64,000 nucleotides of DNA. It comes from an uncultured bacterium. Lineage in GTDB: Bacteria > Patescibacteriota > Minisyncoccia > Phycocordibacterales > Phycocordibacteraceae. Below are positions 20,336 through 27,817 of this stretch, piece after piece. Each line of letters starts with the position of its first letter. Position 1 is the stretch's first letter. Both the position numbers and the translations under genes were made by a program. Location: contig CAMTYL010000003.1 in assembly GCA_947085985.1 (NCBI GenBank), positions 362,108-426,107 of the forward strand, in the 5' to 3' direction. The notes below the pieces were generated by a model, which had not been told where the DNA came from, made no database searches, and saw only the letters and a program-made list of their open reading frames with translations.

Positions 20336-21337
20336 TCAATGCGCCTTGCGAAAGTTGTTTTGTATATGCTCGCTCAACATGTGGGCATTCCCGTGCTTCA
20401 AGAGCCCCAGGCATGACTGAATACTCTCTTCCTTTCCCTCTATTTCCATGATACGCCGCAGCATTCGTCGCTTGCTGGTGCTCCGTAGAGTGCGATGGTC
20501 AGGGAAATGCACCCAACCGAGAAAGTCTACCCCTGCCGAAAGTGTTCCGATTGATACTTTCCTTGGATGAAGCTCTAATTTCAGACGGGCATGTAGAAAT
20601 TCCTCAATACGAGGAAGGAGTGATTCGAGCAACATGCGGTCTTCCGAGAAGAAAGCAAAGTCATCCGCATACCGTATGTAGTGCTTAGCTTTTAGTTTAT
20701 GCTTTGCAAATTGGTCGAACTCGTTCATGTACACATTCACTAGAAGTTGTGAGGTAAGGTTGCCGAGTGGTAGACCCTTTCCCTTTTCACTACTTGAAAA
20801 GCTTTCGATAACTCTCCCAATGAGCCAGAGCGTATCTTCGTCTGACAAATAGGAACGGAGTATATCCATAAGCACATCTTGGTCTATTGAAGCAAAGAAC
20901 TTTCGAATATCACACTTCAGCACCCAACAGGTACGGGTACCGTTCTTTGATACCTTATAGCCAAATGCTTTGAATCTCTTCATTGCTCTGTGCGTTCCCT
21001 TTTTCTTTCGACATGAAAACGAGTCTGCAATAAAGGTACGGTCAAAGAGCGGATACAGCTTACGGTAAATAGCATGATGCAATAGGCGGTCTCGTACCAG
21101 TGCTTTATGTATATCTCGCGGTTTTGGGTCTGATATCTTAAAGGCCGTATATCCTCCGTGGGTATAGGTTTTCTCTTTTAAATCTTCTTGCAACTTGAAA
21201 ACATGGTGCATGAGAAAGCGTGAGAACTCACGAACATCCATTTTTCTTCGCTTCCCTTTTAGGAATTCGTGCCACGCTTCGAGCAGATTCTCGATTGAGA
21301 TGATATCTTCATATTTATGAACGAAGCGATTTCGCAT
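20336..21337 (-). CDS. DGR reverse transcriptase (RT1)
   Basis: KPRDI...RDRLLHHA, KCDIRKFF, GLPLGNLTSQ (DGR-type SQ), YIRYADDF, VDFLG; 333 aa with no maturase or endonuclease domain. Confidence 0.97.
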   Translation of the reverse strand: MRNRFVHKYEDIISIENLLEAWHEFLKGKRRKMDVREFSRFLMHHVFKLQEDLKEKTYTHGGYTAFKISDPKPRDIHKALVRDRLLHHAIYRKLYPLFDRTFIADSFSCRKKKGTHRAMKRFKAFGYKVSKNGTRTCWVLKCDIRKFFASIDQDVLMDILRSYLSDEDTLWLIGRVIESFSSSEKGKGLPLGNLTSQLLVNVYMNEFDQFAKHKLKAKHYIRYADDFAFFSEDRMLLESLLPRIEEFLHARLKLELHPRKVSIGTLSAGVDFLGWVHFPDHRTLRSTSKRRMLRRIMEIEGKEESIQSCLGLLKHGNAHMLSEHIQNNFRKAH

Positions 21338-21734
21338 ACGGCATTTAACGCCCCCCCCCCCACGATCTTTCGTGGCCGTCGTAGAGCGTGCAAAAGACCT
21401 CTATCGCGTGTGGCTGCCTGTGCGACGCAGTATGGCGCGGGACGAACGCTTCGGTATTGGCGCAAGAATAGACACCTTACTTCTCGATATTCTTGAGACT
21501 CTGCGAAAGGCAAGTTTTGTAGATACGACAAGCAAACCCGCTCTACTAGGTACAGCGATAGGTATAGCGGACTCATTGCGGTTCTTCTTGCAGATAGCAT
21601 GGGAAAACAAACTGATTGCTAATAAACAATACGAGGAACTCGCGGGTGCTGTCGAGGAGATAGGACGCATGACTGGAGGTTGGAGAAAGGGTGTTCTTAG
21701 TAAAACCCCGCTCAAGCAGAGCGGGGAAAGATAG
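21317..21734 (+). CDS. avd: Avd-like four-helix-bundle accessory protein (DGR1); frameshifted at a C11 tract if ATG 21317 is the start, otherwise GTG 21372
   Basis: RFGIGARIDTLLLDILE...LRFFLQIAWE.KLI..KQY...EIGRMTGGW matches the bAvd/four-helix-bundle pattern; lies between TR and RT. Confidence 0.85.
21702..21726 (-). terminator. Hairpin plus U-tract 12 nt downstream of TR1 (spacer element or terminator)
   Basis: Minus strand CCCCGCTC-TGCTT-GAGCGGGG-TTTT; equivalent element in DGR2. Confidence 0.6.
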
Positions 21735-21738
21735 GAGT

Positions 21739-21843
21739 AGCGAGAAACGACGTGGTTGCCGTCGTTCCACTCGTTCGGGTTCGTAACCGGATTGGCTTCG
21801 ACATTCCAGCCGTCGTCGTTCCAGTTGGCGTTCACCGCCCAGA
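21739..21843 (-). repeat. DGR1 template repeat (TR1)
   Basis: 105-nt ungapped match to 22164-22268; 20 mismatches, all at TR adenines (minus strand); rich in AAC codons. Confidence 0.98.
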
Positions 21844-21855
21844 CGATATGTGCAT

Positions 21856-22045
21856 CACGCCATCCGTACCACTGCCCTTTGAATACTCTTAAGGCTGAAT
21901 CTCATGTGGGACCTCGGAAGTCCACGAGCGCAATGCACCTGTTTCTATTCTTTTTTAGAACATCTGCGGACACGCTTGTGCTTGGAATACCTCACGCAAT
22001 TCTCTTCCGCATATGTCCAAGGAGTTGCGTGCGAGCCGTAGCCAA
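21856..22045 (-). ncRNA. Conserved structured RNA 5' of TR1 (putative DGR RNA leader)
   Basis: 21856-21911 matches 50924-50979 at 43/56 ungapped with compensatory stem changes; further positionally equivalent hairpins. The distal boundary is approximate. Confidence 0.65.
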
Positions 22046-22161
22046 CACACCATAACTTCCTTGTTGTCATTGTATCAAAGCAAAGGACCCTCATCCCCAG
22101 TGCCGACAAAGCGACAAAGGTTCAGAGGGTCCAAGGGTCCGAAGACCAAAGTGACTGAGAA

Positions 22162-22779
22162 TCAGCGAGAAACGACGCGGCGGCCGTCGCGCCACTCGAG
22201 CGGGTACGCAACCGGAGAGGCCTCGACACGCCAGCCGTCGACGCCCCAGTCGGCGCCCACCGCCCAGAGGACTCCCTTCGCGTCAGCGACGTAGAAGATG
22301 AACCACTTGGACTTGTCGGCGGTCTTCAGGAACTCGAAGGTGTGCGCCAGGGCGACACGGGCCTTCTCGACCTTGTTCAGATCCTTGTCGCCGAGGGCGG
22401 CGAGGATCGGACCGTCGACAGACGACTTCCGCAGCTTGCGCTGCTTGGCCGTCATGGGCTTCACGTCTTCTTCGACGACATCGAGGAAATTCCCCTTGAA
22501 GTTGTCGCCGAGGTACGAGATCGGGAGTTCCCCGTTCCGATTGACCATGAACTTGTCGCGGGCGACGAAACGCTCGACGGCGGAGAGCTTCACGGGCTCG
22601 CCGACCTGTTCGAGCAAATCCGCGAGGACTTTCGGGGCGGCGGCGTGCTTGGCCTGACCCGCGTTGCCGGGTTCGGTAACAACGAGTTCGCCGCTCAACA
22701 CGCGAGCGATGGCGGATTCGCCACCAATTTTGTTGATGAGCGCCTCGACTTGGCCGAGGTTCACATTGCCGTACTTCAT
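22162..22779 (-). CDS. DGR1 target (variable) protein with C-terminal VR, probable CLec-like fold
   Basis: AGGAG RBS; the last ~34 codons are the VR (WAVGADWGVDGWRVEASPVAYPLEWRDGRRVVSR). The fold is inferred from known DGR targets. Confidence 0.93.
   Translation of the reverse strand: MKYGNVNLGQVEALINKIGGESAIARVLSGELVVTEPGNAGQAKHAAAPKVLADLLEQVGEPVKLSAVERFVARDKFMVNRNGELPISYLGDNFKGNFLDVVEEDVKPMTAKQRKLRKSSVDGPILAALGDKDLNKVEKARVALAHTFEFLKTADKSKWFIFYVADAKGVLWAVGADWGVDGWRVEASPVAYPLEWRDGRRVVSR
22164..22268 (-). repeat. DGR1 variable repeat (VR1)
   Basis: Relative to TR1: A>G 11, A>C 5, A>T 4; no other differences. Confidence 0.98.
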
Positions 22780-22846
22780 ATCGTGCTCCTTTCCGACTGT
22801 TTGTCGGAAGCATCCCTCTGCCCGAGGTTATAGGGGCCGTTGGCGG

Positions 22847-22896
22847 TTCGCCACAGCAGGAAATGGCCCTGTTGAGCCGCTTTCTGCTGTGGCGAA
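22847..22896 (-). promoter_or_regulatory. Conserved leader hairpin upstream of DGR1 target
   Basis: TTCGCCACAGCAG...CTGCTGTGGCGAA 13-bp stem; homologous to 52009-52058. Confidence 0.75.
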
Positions 22897-22932
22897 ATTC
22901 TCAGCGTTTCAAAGACCAAATAGTCACTATTT

Positions 22933-22961
22933 ATAATACTCTAGTTTGTATACCTTGTCAA
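22933..22961 (-). promoter_or_regulatory. Sigma70-type promoter of the DGR1 cassette
   Basis: Minus strand TTGACA-17 nt-TATTAT. Confidence 0.75.
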
Positions 22962-22981
22962 GATTTGAAATGGTGCCGAGT

Positions 22982-24007
22982 TTATTTAAGGTACCGATTC
23001 ACATTAGATAGGTGGCCGGCATAGGTAGCCGAACAGCGAATAGTGCCGTTGTTGTCGTGAATGTAGTAGAGACAGTTAGTCTTTACTGGGTTAAGTGCCG
23101 CATCAATTGACGCTAGGGACGGGTTTGCGATTGGGTGCGGTGGCAGTCCACGATACTTATACGTATTAAAGGGAGATTCTAGCTTCTTGTCCTCTGATTG
23201 CGGCATAGGCCACCAATTACCTGGCTCGCCACGTATGTACTGCAGCGTAGCGTCTACCTGCAACCCCATGCCCTTATTAAGACGATTCCACAGAATACCT
23301 GACACAATCTTTCGGTCGTCCGCGGATGCTTCTCGCTCAATTAATGATGCGAGCGTCAGTACATCCGTCCACGGAATATTCCTGCGAGCCGCTTCCCCCG
23401 CATATTCCTTAAACACATCTTGGAATCTGCTTCGCAGGCGCGCCGCTACCAGCGCAGGTGGCTGGTCGGTCGGGATAAGATACGTGTCACCATAGTACAC
23501 ACCCTCAATGAAATCGGGCGAGGGTGCCGTATCAACGGAAAGCCAATGCTCGCGCTCAGCTTCGCTCCAGCCAAGCTTTCGCACCAACAGGTCTGCTATC
23601 TGCTCCTTGCGCCAGCCGCTTGGGAACGTCACCCACGCAAGATACGGAGGCGACGCCAACAGCTTGGCAATCATGAGTGTATCCATACTCGAAGACAGTT
23701 TGTATCCTCCTTCTTGAATTCCCCGTCCGCCGTCGTGCATGCTAAACGCAATAGAGAACGCGGTGCTGCTCTTAATAAATCCTGCGCGACGCAGCTCCTG
23801 CGTCACTTCAAACACCGTAGCGTCCGGATTCACAATAAATTCCCGAGGTTCTCCCGTAATATCCGCTGGACCAAAGTACTGCGCGTACAGCAGCAAGAAT
23901 CCAACGAGCAATACCACAAACGCAGCACCCGAAGCCATAAGCGGTATGCGCCAGCCGGAGCGCGGACGGTACGTGCGTATTCTCTCTAGAACCTGACCAA
24001 GAAGCAT
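22982..24007 (-). CDS. mltG: Endolytic transglycosylase MltG (YceG-like)
   Basis: N-terminal TM; ASLIERE, NRL..GM.LQVDAT, SPFNTYKYRGLPP.PIANP motifs. Confidence 0.94.
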   Translation of the reverse strand: MLLGQVLERIRTYRPRSGWRIPLMASGAAFVVLLVGFLLLYAQYFGPADITGEPREFIVNPDATVFEVTQELRRAGFIKSSTAFSIAFSMHDGGRGIQEGGYKLSSSMDTLMIAKLLASPPYLAWVTFPSGWRKEQIADLLVRKLGWSEAEREHWLSVDTAPSPDFIEGVYYGDTYLIPTDQPPALVAARLRSRFQDVFKEYAGEAARRNIPWTDVLTLASLIEREASADDRKIVSGILWNRLNKGMGLQVDATLQYIRGEPGNWWPMPQSEDKKLESPFNTYKYRGLPPHPIANPSLASIDAALNPVKTNCLYYIHDNNGTIRCSATYAGHLSNVNRYLK

Positions 24008-24032
24008 TTCTCCCTAGTATACCCTCTCGCCG

Positions 24033-25700
24033 TTATCCCCTACTGTCGAGTACAATGCGCGCGAGTTTCAGCTCATCGTATGAGTACTTCCCCTTTAGCC
24101 TCGCAAATACTGGCGCGAGCTTCGCTTCTTTTACGGATGCAAATGCCTCCTCAATCTTTGGAAGTGCTTTACGCAAGGCATCGGGCAACATGCCATCTAT
24201 TGTCTCTGCGGTAATGCGCCCACCCGCATGCAATTTTTCAAGATGGTCGCAAATGGTTCCGAAGGTAAGTGAGCGACGCGCAACAATCTCTTCCATACCA
24301 AGACCCTCTTCGACCAATGCGAATGTTTCGTCGTACGTGGACTTTTTCGGCGGGCGCGGTGCGCTCTCTGTAATTTCTTCCACCACCCCGCCTGATGCAC
24401 GAATAAAGCGCTCCTGCATTTCGGTAAGTTCGCCACTAGCATCAAGCGCATCAAACGCACGCGTCGCCGCTTCTGACTGCTCTTTAAATGAGCGGTCAAC
24501 AGAAAGTACTTCTGGGTGCACCTGCATAGCGCTTTCACTCCAACCAAGGAGGCGCAGACCGTCGAGCGTGCGCACACGAGAAAGTGCCACGTACCCTTGC
24601 CCGTACTCAAACGCGCGCGAGAGGTCGATTGCGGCAGCATCCATACTCATACCCTGACTCTTGTGTACGGTGATAGCCCACGCGAGACGAAGTGGCACCT
24701 GTGCAAGCTTTGCGCGCACCTTGCCATTCTCTTCCACAGCCCAATCAACCGGAGCAATTACCAACTCGCGCCCATCATGCGTCTCAATGATGGGATACCC
24801 CGTGCCCATCTCGTATCCAATAACACTACCCAGCGTGCCGTTCACGTACCCCACCGCAGGATTATTCTTGGTACACATTACAATTGCTCCCTCTTTGAGA
24901 GACAGCAGTTCGGGGGAAAGACATCCGCGCTTCAACGCCTCGGTAAGGACCGAAGGTCCGGTGGCACTCATCGCAAACTTTTTCTCAGAACCAGAAAGCG
25001 ACGCGAGCTTCTCTGCATTAATGCGGTCGACGTCCGCGTTGTGGGTAAACAAACGTGGTGTCTCGTCGTCTACCTCGTCCAGCTCGGTTTCACGTGACGT
25101 TATGACCGACACGTGCGTATGATCCCACTCGCCACTACGAATTGCGGCAAGCACATCCAAAAATACCGAATCCTCTTGGCGGTGCTGTTCAGTCAGATAA
25201 CAAACCAGCGGATTCAGTTTCTTCCACGCAGACGACTGGAACGCAAAACCAACAGAGCCACGCGACACAGGCGGAAGCTGAAAGAAGTCGCCCACGAGCA
25301 CTACCTGGATTCCACCCATCGGAAGCTCACTGTGGCGCACTTCGCGCAGCACCGCGTCTACCATGGCGAGCACTTCACCCGAGAGCATGGATACCTCATC
25401 AATAATGAGCACTCGTGCTTTCTGGAGTCGCTTTGCAACGTGCTCCTTGGAAGCAACAGCATCCAGAAGCTCTGGCGTCATACGCTCTGCAATGCCAATA
25501 CCACTCCAGGAGTGAATGGTCATGCCACCTACGTGCGTCGCAGCGATACCCGTGGACGCTGTAATGGACGGCTCTATGCCATGAGCACGCAACCACGCAA
25601 CATACGCATTAACGGTATGCGTCTTTCCACTTCCCGGCTCTCCCGTAAGAAATACATTCGCACCCGTCTTTAATATAGTGAGCGCCTCGTTTTGAGTCAT
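24033..25700 (-). CDS. PIF1-family SF1B helicase with C-terminal HTH
   Basis: TGEPGSGKT, IIDEVSM, GDFFQLPPV, AWAITVHKSQG and YVALSRV motifs. Confidence 0.93.
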   Translation of the reverse strand: MTQNEALTILKTGANVFLTGEPGSGKTHTVNAYVAWLRAHGIEPSITASTGIAATHVGGMTIHSWSGIGIAERMTPELLDAVASKEHVAKRLQKARVLIIDEVSMLSGEVLAMVDAVLREVRHSELPMGGIQVVLVGDFFQLPPVSRGSVGFAFQSSAWKKLNPLVCYLTEQHRQEDSVFLDVLAAIRSGEWDHTHVSVITSRETELDEVDDETPRLFTHNADVDRINAEKLASLSGSEKKFAMSATGPSVLTEALKRGCLSPELLSLKEGAIVMCTKNNPAVGYVNGTLGSVIGYEMGTGYPIIETHDGRELVIAPVDWAVEENGKVRAKLAQVPLRLAWAITVHKSQGMSMDAAAIDLSRAFEYGQGYVALSRVRTLDGLRLLGWSESAMQVHPEVLSVDRSFKEQSEAATRAFDALDASGELTEMQERFIRASGGVVEEITESAPRPPKKSTYDETFALVEEGLGMEEIVARRSLTFGTICDHLEKLHAGGRITAETIDGMLPDALRKALPKIEEAFASVKEAKLAPVFARLKGKYSYDELKLARIVLDSRG

Positions 25701-25705
25701 TTGTA

Positions 25706-26233
25706 TTAGCGCGTTTCAACGAGTAGCGTAAATCGATACTGACTCTTATCTATAGGTGTCGTAGAGAGTGGCGTGGGCACTACGTCCGTAAGGGTGATTT
25801 GAAGATGCTCAGTGGTGGAGACGACCCCAAGAGAAAGTGGCAGTGTGCTGGTTCCGTTTGGGCCCGTGACCGTGGCAGAAAGCTCTACCGTACCTGCCTG
25901 TATGCACTGCACATCACTTGGGCAACGACTGTCCACAGTCACGCGATCGATCACAATGCTAGAGTCAGGCATTGCTCCCGGCTCGCCCAAGGAAAGCATG
26001 AGTGTGGTGGTTGCCGTTTGAGGAAGCACTACGGGCACCTCTACCTCGGGAGCCAGTGCAGTGCGAGGATTATTAAGCACGTACCCTGCCATTCCACTTA
26101 TAAGTACCGCAACGCCGCCAAGGAGCCAAAGGTACATAAAGGTGTGGTGAGGCTTCTTGTCGTGGTGGTGCAACATTACCCGTATTCTAGCACCCGTGCT
26201 CCACGCAGGGGGCATCAAGTGAGTATTTGACAT
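25706..26233 (-). CDS. Membrane-anchored hypothetical protein with DSRCP-x4-CIQAG domain
   Basis: One TM segment followed by DSRCPSDVQCIQAG. Confidence 0.7.
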   Translation of the reverse strand: MSNTHLMPPAWSTGARIRVMLHHHDKKPHHTFMYLWLLGGVAVLISGMAGYVLNNPRTALAPEVEVPVVLPQTATTTLMLSLGEPGAMPDSSIVIDRVTVDSRCPSDVQCIQAGTVELSATVTGPNGTSTLPLSLGVVSTTEHLQITLTDVVPTPLSTTPIDKSQYRFTLLVETR

Positions 26234-26261
26234 ATTTATTAAAATGGTATAGAATATACAT

Positions 26262-27812
26262 ATGAACGCACTCTTTACGAGCGCCAAAGGCGCCCTTTCT
26301 TATAGTGCTCGCCGCACCTCTTCCTTCTGGACCTGGTATCGCTCACAGAAGCCCTGGAAGCAGATGGTGGGAGCAGTAGTGACGGGAGTACTTCTGATTG
26401 CAGGTATTTCGCTCCTCCATAGTCTTGGAAACGTAGCAGAAACGCCAAACGAGCTGCGCACCGTCACCCTTGCAAGTGCGGGCTCTCTTTCTGGCACCGG
26501 GAACGGCTCAAGTGTCATAGGCACTGTCCGCTCAATCGCAGAGGCGCAAATTCTTGCCGAAAGTGGCGGCACGGTGCGCTCGGTGCGCACACAGCAGGGC
26601 GCGAGTGTGCCTGCAGGCTACGTGATTGCTGAACTTGATAACGCCAGTCAGCGCGCAGTAGTGCTACAGGCAGAGGGTGCCTACGACGCTGCAATAGCGG
26701 CGCGCAATAGCGTGTCTCCTGTTGACGCGGCTACGGCTGCACGAAACGCATACCAGAGTGCATTCTCAGCTCTGGAATACACGCTTGAAAATGAAGTTGA
26801 TTCATTTTACGGAGCACCCGGACCTTACGGACCAAACTTCGCTCTTGGAGACGGCCGCTTTGCGCAAAACTTTTTCCCAACAAAGCGTGCCGACATAGAC
26901 CGCATGATTGATGCGTGGCGCGCCAATCTTGCGAGTGCTTCAAACAGAGATCCCGAGCAACTTCTAACCGAAGCAGTAGCAACCGTCTCTACGACAAACG
27001 CGCTTCTTCAGAATATTGCAGAGATTGTAAACGCAAGAGGTTCTAATGCTTCAGCAGCGCAGATTGCAGACCTCGCGAGCGCTCGCGCTACAGTGAGTGC
27101 ACAGGCCAGCGTGCTCGCTTCTGCTCGCGAGTCGTATCGCAACAAAAACGTTGGCTCTTCCGCATCCGTTGATGCGTCAGTGAAGCAAGCACTTGGAAAT
27201 CTTCGCGGCGCACAAGCACAGCTCGAAAAGACGTTAATCCGCGCACCTCTTGCCGGCACCGTTAACTTCCTCCCTATTCGGGTTGGAGAGTATGTAACCG
27301 CGTTCACGCACGTAGCAACCGTTGCGCAAAATGGCGCACTTGAAATTGTCACCTACGTGTCTGAAGACGAACGCGAGCAATTGTCTGTCGGAGATACGGT
27401 CACCATAAACGACACTGTACGCGGAGTAATAACTCGTGTAGCACCAGCGCTTGACCCAAGCACGCGCCAGATTGAAGTACATGTTGCAGTGACGAGCGAT
27501 ACCAAGAATCTTGTGAATGGCCAATCCGTGCGCGTCACACTCCCCAACGCACCCGTACTTGCGCAGAGTGCTTTACCTGGGCCGCTTATGCTTCCGCTTG
27601 CTAGTGTAAAACTCCGCTCAAACGACCGTGTTGTATTCACGGTGGACACCGAAGGTCGCATTGTCTCAAATCCAATCACTATCGGCACCGTGCGCGGCGA
27701 CCGCATAGAAGTACTCACGGGCGTTAGTGCTGACATGCGCATTGTCACTGATGCGCGTGGTCTTTCAGAAGGAGAAAAGGTCCGCATTGCAGACGCGCTG
27801 CCTAGCACATAG
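26262..27812 (+). CDS. RND efflux periplasmic adaptor subunit
   Basis: TM anchor, lipoyl-like halves (IRAPLAGTV) and a long coiled coil; directly upstream of the permease. Confidence 0.9.
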   Translation: MNALFTSAKGALSYSARRTSSFWTWYRSQKPWKQMVGAVVTGVLLIAGISLLHSLGNVAETPNELRTVTLASAGSLSGTGNGSSVIGTVRSIAEAQILAESGGTVRSVRTQQGASVPAGYVIAELDNASQRAVVLQAEGAYDAAIAARNSVSPVDAATAARNAYQSAFSALEYTLENEVDSFYGAPGPYGPNFALGDGRFAQNFFPTKRADIDRMIDAWRANLASASNRDPEQLLTEAVATVSTTNALLQNIAEIVNARGSNASAAQIADLASARATVSAQASVLASARESYRNKNVGSSASVDASVKQALGNLRGAQAQLEKTLIRAPLAGTVNFLPIRVGEYVTAFTHVATVAQNGALEIVTYVSEDEREQLSVGDTVTINDTVRGVITRVAPALDPSTRQIEVHVAVTSDTKNLVNGQSVRVTLPNAPVLAQSALPGPLMLPLASVKLRSNDRVVFTVDTEGRIVSNPITIGTVRGDRIEVLTGVSADMRIVTDARGLSEGEKVRIADALPST

Positions 27813-27817
27813 AAGCC

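Larger units (their letters stand above)
20336..22961 (-). mobile_element. Diversity-generating retroelement DGR1 (target-VR / ncRNA-TR / antisense avd / RT)
   Basis: RT, avd-like gene and a TR/VR pair with adenine-only mismatches, all between typA and mltG. Confidence 0.97.

Noticed and set aside
20336-21337. RTs as group II intron, retron or CRISPR-associated enzymes
   Set aside because: Short length, SQ motif, no maturase domain, no retron VTG motif or cas genes, and clear TR/VR pairs identify them as DGR RTs.
21401-21835. Minus-strand ORF starting MNANWNDDGWN, and similar ORFs at 50583-50989
   Set aside because: These are read-throughs of the template repeats and antisense avd. The Asn-rich frame reflects AAC codons of a non-coding TR.
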